A stretch of 61,128 nt of DNA, filler included. It is 3 parts of 3 records of this genome, joined end to end, with 100 filler letters (N's around TTAATTAATTAA, not from the genome) between each part and the next. Parts side by side here need not be neighbours in the genome. Positions count along the whole stretch, not along the records: positions 41,647 to 61,128 come from SRR20825019_1120; 2 more parts are not named here. One strand, given 5' to 3'. Below the pieces are notes generated by a model. The model was not told the DNA's origin. It saw only the letters and a list, made by a program, of their open reading frames with translations, and ran no database searches. Shown here in pieces: positions 49,001 to 61,128 of the stretch. Numbering within the stretch: the first letter of the stretch is position 1; each line of letters begins with the position of its first letter. A program made the position numbers and the translations under genes.

Positions 49001-52000
49001 GCACTTCTGGAACGTGGCCATTCCATTCATGGACACCCCCTTCACGCGCAAGACGATCGTCAACTACCTGCGTGTGATCATTGAGAAGCTGTCCGAGGTT
49101 GGTGCCTCGGAGGACTACCAGTTCCTCGCGGACATGTACAAGCTCTACATGGACACCGTGGCGGACGCGCAGGACTGGGCCCTCGGCAACCGCATAGTAA
49201 CCAAGGCCTTTGGTGTTCTACCCAAGGCGTTCCACCGGGTCCTGTGGGAGTCCAAGATCACCTTCCTCTCTAAGATGGGCAAGGACGTCGCCGGCGAGAT
49301 GCTTAAGGTGAAGGAGTACGACCTTGGCCTCCAGGCTCAGATCTGGGTCACCCTCGCACGCAACTCGGAGCGGCCGCTTGACCAGATGAGGGCTTACGAA
49401 ACCATCCTGGCCTTGCTCAAGGAGATGCCGTTTGAGATGATTGAATACCTGATCGAATTTGGCCAGTGGATGCACAGCAACAACTTCCCTCTGGACGACG
49501 CCCTGGACCAGCTGCTGAGCGCCGCCGACATTGTCCTCGACATCGAGTGCGCGGATGAAGAGGCGGAGGCCGACGACGGCAACGACGGTGGAAGCCGCGC
49601 CGGCAGCCGCGCCGGCAGCCGTGCCTCGCGCAAGAGTGGCGGCAGCCGCGCCGGCAGCCGGGCGTCGCGAAGGAGCGGTGGTAGCCGGAGGGGAAGCAGG
49701 GCCGGCAGCAGGGCCGGCAGCCGGAACCGCTCGCGCACGAGCCGCAAGACCGGGGACTCCAAGTCGATCGCGTCCACAAACCAAGACCAGCCCGTGCCGG
49801 AGATGTTCAACGTTCGGCACTTGGAGCAGCTGGGCCGCATCTATCTCAACATCGCCAAGATCGCTCCCACGATGGAGGAGAAGGTGGAGTATCTCCTCCT
49901 GTCCGCACACTACTACGGCCGCATGTGGGCGTGCAGCATCGACCTGATCAATCACAAGGCCCAGAAGGCCCACCACGACCGCGCCCTCGACGCTCACTAC
50001 GACAACCTCCCCTTCGACGAGCCGGCCCCCGAGCTCATCCCGCCCGCGCCCGCCGCTCCCAAGGACTGGATCGGCTTTGTTCCGGATGAAAAGATCATCC
50101 AGCATTTCAGGGACGAGGAAGGCCCCATCGCGATCAACAAGCGCAGCATCACGCAGCCTGTGGTCACATGGCTGACCATGAACGAGCTCATCGAGGAGCT
50201 GTGCGAGGTCGGATATGACATTTACGCCCTCCCGCTGTTCTACATCCTCGACATCATCGCCGCCGATGTCATGGACGACAAGTCCCTGTCCCAGCTCAAC
50301 TCGTACAACATGGCCGCGTTCCTCGACTCGATGGCGCTCACGGACCTCGCCAAGGAGCGGATCGAGCGCGGCGGCGCGGTCCTCATTGACCCGGAAGTCC
50401 GCGGCGTGGTGCGCCAGGCGGTGTCGCGCCGCCTCCATCTCAAGAAGAACGCCGGTGAGGTCAAGCAGAAGACCGCGGACAGCACGGAGCTCGCGCTCCC
50501 GCCGTGGGGGCCCGCCGGAGGAGGCAGGAACAAGTGCTCGGCCTTCAACAATGTCTCGCCGATGGCGTTCAAGGAACACCAGCGGTGGCTGCAGCTGATC
50601 CCTGCCATGATCAAGCACAGGCTCATCGACACGGCCAAGGACCTTGTCGCCGAGTGCAGTGAGTATGCGGAGGCCTTCGAGGACGCGTATGCGGAGGCGT
50701 GGTGTGAGTACTACAAGGCGGAGATCTGCTTCTTCGAGGGGGCCACCGACCAGGCCCTTCGCCACATCCTCACGGCCCAGAAAATGAACGGAGACATGCG
50801 CTTCTGGAGGCGGGTTACGGGCCTTCTGTTCAAGATCTTGATGTATCTCGGCCGCTACCGTGAATGTGTGGTGGCTCTCGGCGGTGCCGCGGCCTGCCTT
50901 GGCCAGTTCCGGGAGGACTACTCTAACGTCGCCCTTGAGACCCGCCTGCTGTTGGCCTCGGTGGACCACGACTACGGCCACGCCCTCCTCGCTCACGCCT
51001 ATGTTCTCAAGTCGCAGGACAAGTTCTACAAGGAGGAGTTCAACCAGGCCATGTCCCTCCTGCGCGGCTGCGTCGATTTCTTCAAGGAGGAACGCGCATA
51101 TAGCCACCTGCTTTCGTACAGCATGGCCCTGGCCCGCGCCGTGGCCACCCAGCCCCACGAGTCGCCGTATCAGCAACGTGAGTTCTGGAACGAGGCGGTG
51201 GAGATCCTCAAGGAGGCTGAGAAGGGCGGCGAGGAACTCCTTTGTGAGGTCAAGCCCGCCGACCTTCCGAGCAACGTCGCCCTCCGCCCCATGCGCAGGC
51301 TGGGCAGGGTGAAGCTCGTGCTTGCGCGCCTGGAGCTGGAGACGGCCACGATGATCGCCGTCAACACCAAGGCCAGCACCCCGCGCCCGCCCCTGCCGCC
51401 ATACCCGCAGGTCGAGGGTGGAGAGCATGCGGTCATTGAGGACTTCCTGAACGAGGAAGACCGCTCCAAGATTCCGCCGCCGACCCAGATGACCTCCACG
51501 GAGCGCGCGCTGGTGTACGCATCCACGGCCAACTCCCTTCTGGTGGATGTAGGCGTCGGGGCCCCCGCAAGGAGCCTCATGGGCGCGTGCCTCCTCCGGA
51601 TGGCCGATATTAGCGAGCAGATGTACAAGCACTGGAGGGAGGTGCCGAATGTGGACGAGCGGGACTGGACGCGCGAGGAGCGCAAGAAGAAGATCGAGGA
51701 GGACCGGATCGCCGCTGAGGCCGCGGCGGAGGCCGAGGCAGCCGCGAACAAGAAGGGCGGCGGCAAGGACAAGGGCGGCAAGAAGGGAAAGAACGACAAG
51801 GAGCCCGAACCCGAGCCCGAGCCTGAGCCTGAGCCTGTGGATCTGGAGCCGGAGTATGTGCCACCACCGCCCCCCGTGGACTACCTGCAGGAAGCCACGC
51901 AGGTTCTGCAAGAGTCGCTTGACGCGGCCCTCGCACAGAGCGACATGGCCGCCGCGGCCGACTCGGCTTTCCATCTGGCCATGGCGTGCGGCAACGTCGA

Positions 52001-53618
52001 GCCCGCCAAGTGCTTCGAATACCTCTCGCTTGCTCAGTCGTGCCAGGCGCGGGAGCAGCTCCTGGAGGTGGTTATGAAGGCCCAGCAGAACGAGCAGCCG
52101 GAGAAGATGTTCGTGCGGATGCGCGAGGAGCTCCGCTCCGAGTTTATCAACTACGCCCAGCTGGACCAGACCATGGAGGTTGACCAGTTCCTGAACCAGT
52201 GCAGCGAGATGTGGAAGCGAACATTCACCTCGTCACCCTTCGCCGACATCTCAGCCGCGATTCCCCCGAACATGGCCGTGGTCATCCTTCATCACAAGCA
52301 GATGTCCGACTCGCAGAACGACATGCTCTTCGGAGGAGTGTACGTGGCGAACCAATCGCCCCGGCTGGCCCAGATGAGATTCGACCGCGCGGAGCTGAAC
52401 CGTGTCCGGGCGTCTGCGAAGGAGTTCCGCAACACCATGTACAAGACAGTCATTCGCCAGCAGAAGAAAACGGCGTCTCAGGAGCCGGAGACGTTCTTCG
52501 TGGAGGATGACATGTTTGAGCACCTGGTGGAGGACTCGGACCGCCTCCTCTGGCCCGTGATGTGTGAGATCGAGTACGCGTTGGACTCGATCTACCCGCC
52601 CGAGTACAATGTCGTGGTTATTGCGGATCCAATGCTCATGGACCTGCCCCTCGAGGCTCTTCCGGGCTTCCAGAACGCCCAGGCCGTGTCTCGTGACTTC
52701 AGCCTCCACATGCTGTACACCCGCCTCTGCACCGCCGGAACCCTCAAGAAGAATGCCATCAGCTACGTGGTGGACCCCGTCAACGAGGACAATCCCCAGA
52801 ATGTCATGGAGATTGGACGCAAGTCCACCCCCATCGCGAACCAATTCACCGCGCTCAAGGACGCGGCGTGGACTGGCGTGGTCGGTACCGAGCATGTTCC
52901 GTCCGAGTCTGAGTGGCAGAGCCTGGTGTGTGAGGGATCCGCATTCATGTACTATGGTCTCGCCAGGTGCCTGAGCTACTTCCCGCCGAGCAAGCTGGCG
53001 TCCATCAACCTCAACGAGTGCGACCTCGCGATGATCATCGACCGCACCTACAATGACGAGGCCGTGCGGCGCCAGGGCAAGCTCGACACCCAGAAAACGG
53101 ATGCCGAGCTGGAGCTGGAGAGGACGTACCCCTGCGCCGTGCTCTTCTCCACTCGGGGTGCCCGGTCGGTGGTCCTCAACCAGTGGGCCACCTTCAGCGA
53201 CGGAAACGCCGCCCTCTTCCGCAACGTGGTGGATGAGTTCTTCAAGGGTTCTTCGTCCATCGGAAAGGCTGTTTCCGCGCACCGCCGGTACCTGCAGATC
53301 AAGAACAACAACGTGGAACTGACTGAGGAGGAGATGGCCGAGTTTACTACCAAGGAGGAGCAGCTCATCGAGGCCGCCAAGGGAGATGGCGCCGAGAAGA
53401 TGGACAAGAAGAAGGGCGGAAAGGCCGCCGGAAAGAAATCCAACCCGGGCACTCCGGCCGAGTCCGCAAAGTCCGGCACTCCCGACACCGACGCCACATT
53501 CGGACTCCAAACGCCCCTGTGGTCACGCCGGTGCTTCCAGTACAACACCATCGTCTTTGGTCTTCCCAACATCGGCGAGGGTCCCGCCGTCGACGACAAG
53601 AAGAAGAAAAAGAAGTAA
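46045..53618 (+). CDS. CFAP46: Cilia- and flagella-associated protein 46 (TTC40/FAP46), central-pair component; introns 46685-46751, 46907-46961
   Basis: About 2500 aa TPR-like helical protein; RYQFLQYNASVVYY, GCVIIWNIALPLLQPNLR, YMWNY, YLIEFGQW, LPLEAL...VSRDFSLHML, VVLNQW. Confidence 0.85.
49587..49745 (+). repeat. Coding GSRA tetrapeptide repeat tract
   Basis: GGSRAGSRAGSRASRKSGGSRAGSRASRRSGGSRRGSRAGSRAGSRNRSRTSR. Confidence 0.85.
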
Positions 53619-53779
53619 TTTCCACAAGCCCGCACTCTCCGGACTCAGACCGGGGTGCCCAACGCAAGAAAGGAGCCGCGACTCCGGGGATGATCACGTC
53701 CCCACACCGCCTGCCCGCCCAGACGAGGCGGCAGAACACCCAATACAATAAACACAATAGACAGAGAGCCCGGGATTTC

Positions 53780-56739
53780 TCAGCGATGCTGGACAAGTGA
53801 CTCGATGCTCGGCTGCTTATCGAGAAACGCAATCAGCTTCTTGGCGTTGCCCGGTCCAATGAGCTCGTTCAGATCCTCCTTGGACATCTGCGATGGGGGA
53901 AATGACTCAGCGGCCGGCATACCGGGTGCATTTCATGTGCAAACTCACCTGGAAGAGATCGGACAGGCACCTCACCTTGGCCATAACCTGCCGATAGTTG
54001 GCGGCGCCGATGCCCGGCAGCCTCTTCAGGATGTCCTGCGGCGCCATGTTGACAAACCCGGCGTCGGGCGCATCCGGGTCATTGACGCCGACCTCTCCCG
54101 GCCTGTGACCGAGCGGCTGTCCGACGACCGCGGCCTTGACTTCGTCGGGCTGCTCCCGGTTCATCTTGAGGCTCTGGAAGAGGTCCGCGGTGGCGTAGTT
54201 GCCGTGGCACCACAGGATCCTCAGGGAGGGGAAGTGCAGCGTCAGAAGGACGAGGCGCGATATGATGTTGCTGATCGTGATGTCCGACTTGATGTCCTCC
54301 ACCGACTGAAGCGAGAAAGCCCGGCTCTCGTCAAACTCGATCAGCAGCACGGGGGTCGCATAGTGCCGCGACATGTTCTCGGCCTGCTGGTACAACCGCC
54401 CGGAAGCGAATGAGGAATACAGATCGCTGATGGACTTGCGCTCGACGCAGATCTCTGGAGAGAGGATGTAATCCCCGATCTCCAGCGTCACGGGGACCAG
54501 TGCCACGCCCGCCAGGTGAAGGATGGAGGGTAACGAGCTCCTGAACTCGCGCACATCCACCACCACCTTGGACGGGCCCTGCTGCTTCTCCCGCCCGCCC
54601 GCCCGCGTCTGCGAATTGGCGAGGAATCCCGGCATCTGGGTGTTGGTGAGAGGCGTCATGGGGTCTTTGGAGTCCTCGACTGTCTTCATATTGATGGCCA
54701 TGTTCGCCTTCTGGTCAATCAGCCTCTCGAACGAGTCCTTCTCCCGCTTCAGCTCCCCGCGGAACCGCTGCTCCTCCACGGAGCTCTCGTACATCGAGAA
54801 ATACACCCGCATGCGCCGGGCCGGTACCTGGGCCTGGTACACCTCGATGGCGCGGATGAGGGCTGGGTCCGGGTCAAAAATGATGACATAGCGAGGCTGA
54901 ATCTCGCTCAGGTCGGGCTCTCGCGGGGTGGTGGAGTGCACGATGATCTCCTCGTCCGGGGCAATGAAGCCCTGGGCCGCCCCCGCCGCACCCGCCGCCC
55001 CCTCTCCGTCCTGCAGGGATTCGTACATGATGTCAATGTCCACCGGCACCGCGCTCTCTACCAGAACACGCGTGGGCGCGGCGGGGCGCGCCCCCGGCAC
55101 TGCACCGTCTTCTCCGTCGGCTCGGCTCGTTGCCGCACGTCCCTTGCCCTTACTCTTGGCTTTGCCCTTTCCGCGCCCACTGGCCTTATTCTGCTGGAAC
55201 ACCTGCTTGCCCAAGGACATGCCATCCCCGGCCTCCGCACCATCATCGAGCTCTTCCATCAGCAACCGATCCTCGCGCTGCCTGTCCGACAGATCCGCCG
55301 TCTCCACATCCTTCAGGCTCGGATTCTCGGCCTGGGCAAGCCTCTGCTTTTTCTTGACAAGGAAATGCCTGAACATACGCCTCATGATCGCATCGCCACC
55401 CTCTAGTAGGTACCCTCGCAGGAGGGCCGCGCTCCTCTCGTCACTGGTTAAAATCAGTACGCGGCCGGGCCCGGGCCGTCCCGCCGCCTTCGCCTCCTCG
55501 CGTATCTCCTTGAGAATGTCCACGACCAGCCCCCATTTAGGATTCTCCTCAAGGTTAGGCACCAGCTCATAAAGCTTCCTGCTTCCCTCGTCGTCGCCCG
55601 ACTTGGAGGGGGAGGGGCCCGGCGCCTTGCGCTTGGATGGGATCTTGACGGCACCCTGCCGCGCCCGCACGGTGTAGACGCGCTCCTTGGCCAGGTTGAA
55701 CAGCGTGTGCGCGGCATCCATCAGCATCCACTGGGAATTCCTCCCGCCCTCCGCCGCGCGCAGGGTCTCCAAGTATGTGTAGAATGTCACCGCGTCGTAA
55801 CGAAGCAGGTATGTGAAGAGCCTACGCAGGGTACCGAGGTCAGCCACGAGCCGCTTGGTCTTGCCCGGGACGCTGTTCCACATCGCATCCAGCTGGGATC
55901 GCACTATAAGGTCAAATGACTTGTGGAGGTTGTCCTCGACTGTCAGCTCCGTCACGTCGATTCTGTTTGTTCGCTTCAGCTCCGAGAGACACCCTTCCAT
56001 CAACTCGATGACCGTGCGCTGCACACGTCGCATGAGCGGCGTCATGGGCTGCATGAGCTCGACTACCTCCGGCGGCGACTTCTCGAGGCAGGAGCACACG
56101 GACAGATGGAACCGGGGCCACAGAAACACCTTGGAGATGTGTAGTGACCTCATCAGCTTCTCAAGCTTGCCAAACTCGCCCTGGAGATCCGTGGGGCGGT
56201 CGGAAAATGCCTTTACGAAGGCCGTTCGGTTAGGCGGCGTTTTCTGTAAAACGAGGCGTGCGATGAAGGACTCTTGCGAGAGCTCGGTGATCTGGTGGGC
56301 ATTGTTGACGAGCAGCCCCGACAGGCGGCCGAATGGGATCCTGTCTGAGAGCATGTCCACTACGAGTATGCGGGAAGTGATGAACAGACACCCGCCCTCC
56401 GCGTACAGCGTCTGCACATCACACCCTACGAAGTCAGTCTCCACACGGATCAGCATCGACACGCATCAATCCTACCGCGCGTTCTCTCTGGGTGTACTCG
56501 TTCGTGACAATACGCGGAGGCATGTCAACGCCGGCTAGCACCAGCTCCTCGGACCATAGTCGCTCGTCCTGAGCGTCCGTGTTGAGGACAAAAACTAGGT
56601 GCTCGCGTGAGGAGTAGCGCTTCAAAAAGCCGAGGAACACCTTGGAGAGGCCTAGGCCCCGCGCCAGAACGCACAGCCCGTCATCCTGCAGCAGTTCCTT
56701 GAACACCGACTGCTGGAACTGCAGTGCCGCCTGGGTCAT
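53780..56739 (-). CDS. ERCC4: DNA repair endonuclease XPF (Rad1/Rad16/UVH1); introns 56412-56475, 53888-53948
   Basis: DGLCVLARGLGL, ITSRILVVDML, LWPRFH, VVVDVREFRSSLP, GDYILSPEICVERKSISDL, HhH LPGIG. Confidence 0.95.
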
Positions 56740-57391
56740 GGCGAGACGAATTCCCTCCTAAAGTGGTCACAGCGGCTCCAACCCCTTCCTGGAAATTTAG
56801 TTTGTCGCTCTCCCTCTTCTTTGTGGCTGTGTGTGGCCACGGTGTTTGACCACTGGATGGCACCGAGTGGCGGCAGAGTGATGTGGCAAGCGCGCGGCCG
56901 GCGGGACCGATGAGGGGCAGCCCAGTTTGCGGCCCGGGCACGGCGGCGAGCGCGGCGCCGGCCACCGCGGCCGGGCGGGCGCGGGCCAGTGCCCCTCCAC
57001 TTTCTTCGTGACCGAGACTGCCGGGGGTCGCGCCTCCGAACACTGAACTCAGCCACACTAAAAATAGAAGTTTTCATACTTCTCTCTCCATCGTATATCT
57101 ATCTCCATATATCAAAGATCCCACGGCCTCAGCTACCCAGTCAACTTTAAGCCCCAGCGACAGTGGCACAGCGTCCGTCACAAACAACCACCCGTGCTCG
57201 GCAGCCCACACGCCCAGCCCAATATGCCCTAAGCAGTCCTGTCACCCCAAGCTGTGTGAAATCAAGCGTTTGCCGAGCAAACGCTTTCCAAGTTTACTAT
57301 TACAACGCAACACGCCCAGCAAACCACGGAGGCTTTCGCGTCTGTGTGTCACCTCGCGCCACAAAATTTTGGCCATACGGCTGCTGGCCAT

Positions 57392-57811
57392 CTATCCGTC
57401 AAAGCCCAGTCCAAGATCGTCGTTGGTTGCTTCCATACACATGCCCTTCTCCTTGGCAGCCTTCCTCCGGAGTTTTGCCAAGTGCTCCTTCTTTGCCTTC
57501 TCCTGCTTTTGTGCCTCAAGCACTTCCTCCACGGGTACCTTATTTCCCATATTGTGGTGGCGATCCCGGCTCTCGTCAACTTCACCCAAGAGCACCACGT
57601 TCTCACCCCGAATAAGATACAATCCAAGAGGGATTTCCCCATACTGCCGCCCGACGTAAACCCTCTCTACCGCGCCTTCCAAAACAATGTTGGCAAACTG
57701 ATCAAAAGATCGGAGAGCCCCCACGATTCTCCTCCCATCCCTGAGCTCCATAAAAATGGTGCGGTCCAATAAAAGAGAAAGAGACGCTGTCCCTGGCAAG
57801 CTGCTCGCCAT
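57392..57811 (-). CDS. LSM1: Sm-like protein LSm1
   Basis: LPGTASL...LDR...LRDGRRIVGALRSFDQFANIVLE...ER.YVG..YGEIPLGLYLIRGENVVLLGEVD. Confidence 0.92.
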   Translation of the reverse strand: MASSLPGTASLSLLLDRTIFMELRDGRRIVGALRSFDQFANIVLEGAVERVYVGRQYGEIPLGLYLIRGENVVLLGEVDESRDRHHNMGNKVPVEEVLEAQKQEKAKKEHLAKLRRKAAKEKGMCMEATNDDLGLGFDG

Positions 57812-58288
57812 TTTACTATTTCAATGCAAAGACAAGAAGGCTTCTCCCCACTTTAATAATTAATTTCGTAGTAAGGGTGCAGAGTGTTCTAAGGAAAACA
57901 TGCCGAACCGGTCCGGCGTGCTTCAATGGGTGTGTTGCAGAGCTCCACAAGTCCTGCGGGCGCCATAGAGAGAAGGGCCCGCCGGTCCGGTGCACCACGC
58001 GCAGCCCGGTCGGCCCGACCGGCGGGCGGGTCCCGGCCGCTCGGCCGGGCGACTGCAGCAACTGGCCAGGACACCCTCAACGATCGCGGGCCCGGGCGCT
58101 CCGGCGTGACTGCCAGGCCTATGCAGACCGCGGCTTGCGCCTTCGGGCGTTCGGGGGGCGTTCGATGCAGGCTTCACTTGAAATCGCGCTTACAATTCGA
58201 TCGTCGATGGATTGAAGATGAAGGAGTCGAGGAGGGGCTGATCCAAATTTGTAGTCAACAATTGCCGTCGTTCCGTTTTGCTGTCAGA

Positions 58289-60253
58289 TCACTCAGAATC
58301 ATCACTGTCGCTGAACTCGCCCTGGATAATGCGTTTGTTCCACCCAAGCTGAAGGCGAGCGCATGAGATGCTTGCGCTGGCCTGCCGACACACCCTTTCG
58401 CGACATACCTTGTCAACCAGAGAGCCGAACCAGTCCATATCGTACCGAAGCACATTAATCACCGGGAATGGACATATCGCCGTCACCACTTGCACCCTGT
58501 GCAGCGAACTTGAGCACCATTCGGCAACGTTCAACGATGTCCTACCTATCACCCTTGTGCAAGAACACATCGTTCTTCCCATCAAAACTAATCCTCGAGG
58601 CACCACGCGCGGACTTGGGGACCTGGATGTCCACTATGGAGGTTTCTGGTATCACCACAGGGCGAAAGCTCAGCGAGTGGGGGGCGATGGGGGTTATCGC
58701 CATGCAGCGGACCTGGCAACGGGGGAGTCAGCGATGCACATTCGGAGGTCCAGAGAACCACCCACCGAGGGTGCGACCATGGGACCGCCAGCGCTCATGT
58801 TGTAGGCAGTGGAGCCTGAGGCAGTGGCAATAATAATGCCATCTGCCTGCACAGTGGTGATGTCTGTCCCGTCAACAGAGAGGGCAAGGTTTGTTAGAGA
58901 TGGTGAGCCACCACGATCGATCAGACACTCATTCAAAACGTAGTGGACAATTTTTTCCTCCTTGACGCCGGGCCTTATCACCTCGCACCTCAATCTTGTC
59001 CGCAGTGTACAGAAGATAGGTTCCTGGGACTCTGTGAGCACGAGAAACGCACAGGACTTGCCGGTAGGGCACTGACCTCATGGGCGCGAAGAATTGTCTC
59101 GAGAATGCTTTCATAATTATCCACGTCGAAGGGGGTGAGAAATCCGAGCGATCCCATGCTGAAGCAGATGCAGGGAGGAAGCACATGATCTGGACAGGAG
59201 CGTGTTATCGCCTGCTTCACGCCCGTGTGATTCCCGCCCACCTTCATCAAACAGACTGTTCAGATAGATCATCGTGCCATCACCTCCAATGCATATCATG
59301 AAGTCCAGATTCCGTCCGCTCTTCTCTCTTGTGTAAGGTAGAAACTCAGGGCATTCCTCCGCCGCCACATCCTCCTCGGCATACACCTCGATCCCTTTCT
59401 GTTGAAGCCAGGCCCCCACCTGTTTCATCTTCTTCGTGACATGTTTGTTTCGCCATTTCTTCACAATCAGCACTCGCTTCGGAGCCTGATCCCAAACCAG
59501 CCTCACATCCCGGCCATCGCGCACTATGTCTTCTATGAGCAATACACTCTACGCACTGGTTTTCAGCACTTACAAATATGAGGCGGCGTCCTCAAATCCA
59601 CAGACATGGAACTGTGCAGTGCCGCAACACCCAAAATGAACTCCTGGAACTCAATCTGACCTGCACAGCGTTGCTTTAATGGTGTTGTCCGCCACCAGAA
59701 CATCCAACTACCATTCTTATTCTTGTCGAAAGCATTGAAATATCGCTGACAGAGCGCTGCGTCTATGACTCCGAGCAGCTCCAAGCTGCTGCTAAAGTCG
59801 GATATCGTGAGATGGTCTGAGCAGCCACATGGTGAGCCAGAACGCAGGAGGAGGTGCCGAGCGGTACGCACCTTTTCCGCAGCTAAGAGTTTCAAACTTT
59901 CCCTGCAGCGCCATCATATCCGCCATCGTGAACCCGGAGCGCTCCGCGAGGGCCTCCTTTGGGCAGGGTCAGTGTGGTTTTGGCATGAGGCGATCGCCAC
60001 GAACCATTTCAGTTTGTTCTATGAACTTACAGTCGTGCTTGGTCAGGAACCGCGCCGGAGACTCTGGGATGGGGGAGGCACCAAACGGGAATGCGGTCCT
60101 TGGTGAGAAAGACGAACCTAAAAAGCCGCGGAGGTGATTACGCGGGGTGTGCCAAGACCTGCCGGGCTGTAAGTGGCACACAGGCAGCCGCGAAGCCAAC
60201 TTCGAACAGTAATGCGGGGCATAAGCCAAGCGCGCCCACTGCTGCAACCACAT
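58289..60253 (-). CDS. NAD(H) kinase with N-terminal EF-hand domain and probable organellar presequence; about 9 short introns
   Basis: Spliced product contains DKNKNGQIEFQE EF loop, CIGGDGT, FSMGSLGFLTPF, VLNE, QADGIIIATASGSTAYNMSAGG, TPIAPHSLSFRP, FDGK, LGWN. Confidence 0.88.
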
Positions 60254-61047
60254 GCCCACCTTGCCTTCGTCTGATTCACTGGCTAGTATCCTTCCTTATA
60301 CGTCTTGTTTGGATGAGAGCGGAACTCAAACTGGCGAAACTGGGCCAGGGACGCAGTTTGAGCAATTTCCAACCCAAGTCTGGGCGAGAAGGGGCGGGAC
60401 CGATGCCGCGGTGGCGGCCTGCCCCAGTTAAGTCAGCCAGCACGCCCGGGGGTCAGGCAGTCCCGCGGGGGGAGCGCTCGAGTCCATCACAGTGACGGTG
60501 TGAGCTTGGAACTGAACCGGCGGGGCCGCCCCCGCCGGCCCGCCGCCAGCGGGCTCACTGGCGCCGGTCCCGGCCGCCGGCCCACGGCCGTCAACGTTCC
60601 TCCTCTCGGAAATAGCGAATCCACCTTCCTGATCTGCGGAACACTTGGGCCTTAGTGTCGCGCTAAAAATAACCCCGCGGGCCCACGGCCCACCCAACGT
60701 CCACCGCACTCCGGCGCAGCACCCCGCGGACGGGCCGGCTGCGGCTCGCCAAGGCCCGGCCATCATCGGGACTCGGCCCTGATCAGCCGCTCGCGGGCGG
60801 CTCAGCGCTGCCTGCAGGCCCGCGGGCCGGGCGGATGCTGGGCGGATGAGCGCCCGCGGTCATCGCGCCCCCCTGCTGGAAGGGGACCGGCTGATCATGC
60901 GGCAACTACGGAAACCAGGCACGACTAATCAATGGGGGCCTTAGCCTCCCCCGCTCGAGGATATGCCAGGGGACTGCTAGTCACAATAGATCCGGCTTCT
61001 CTATCATTTAATTGTGTGATTTGGAGTTGAACGGACCAAGCGGGACC

Positions 61048-61128
61048 ATGGGAAAAAAGAAGGAAGAAGAGGCTTTGCTGGAAGAGTCTGAGCGTGAGGA
61101 GGAGGAAGAGGAAGAGGAAGAGGAAGAG
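61048..61128 (+). CDS. Probable 5' end of a gene with a Glu-rich N-terminus (runs off window)
   Basis: ACCATGG context; MGKKKEEEALLEESEREEEEEEEEEEE. Confidence 0.45.
   Translation, partial: MGKKKEEEALLEESEREEEEEEEEEEE

Noticed and set aside
49218-51974. 918-aa antisense ORF (and similar long antisense ORFs at 1167-2219, 21052-22431, 28419-30104, 47772-49004, 52251-53510)
   Set aside because: These are shadow frames of GC3-rich real genes with no recognisable motifs.
41647-61128. Eukaryote-to-bacterium gene transfer of CFAP46/XPF/LSM1
   Set aside because: This is a separate contig with spliceosomal introns; its adjacency to bacterial DNA is artificial.

Overview
The window is not one locus. 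It is three unrelated contigs joined by N44-TTAATTAATTAA-N44 spacers at 31927-32026 and 41547-41646. (1) 1-31926 is an alphaproteobacterial (Rhodospirillales-like) chromosome segment. It carries the leuS 5' end, a porin, a JmjC-hydroxylase/two-sulfotransferase/yggS operon, ribA, tRNA-Gln, three tandem genes sharing the PodJ N-terminal motif, ispE, ETF-QO, UDG, an SLT, moaB, a TIGR04282/TIGR04283-type glycosyltransferase pair, a radical SAM gene with a LexA box, rnhB and the ccrM 5' end. (2) 32027-41546 is a different bacterium (Verrucomicrobia-like is only my impression). It carries LysR-pirin-DoxX, an RND efflux pair, an SGNH hydrolase, a Phd/VapC module and the 3' part of purL. (3) 41647-61128 is a gene-dense flagellated eukaryote with short (about 48-76 nt) GT-AG introns. 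It carries CFAP46, XPF/ERCC4, LSM1, an EF-hand-NAD kinase fusion and two uncharacterised genes. The most notable observations are: REP-like palindromes inserted in frame into the purL coding sequence, including a 60-bp insertion flanked by a 7-bp direct repeat; a triad of PodJ-like paralogues predicted to be soluble, membrane-helix-anchored and transmembrane; a hydroxylase plus dual sulfotransferase operon; and a NAD kinase fused to a calcium-sensor domain. All family calls come from motif recognition by eye; no database searches were run.
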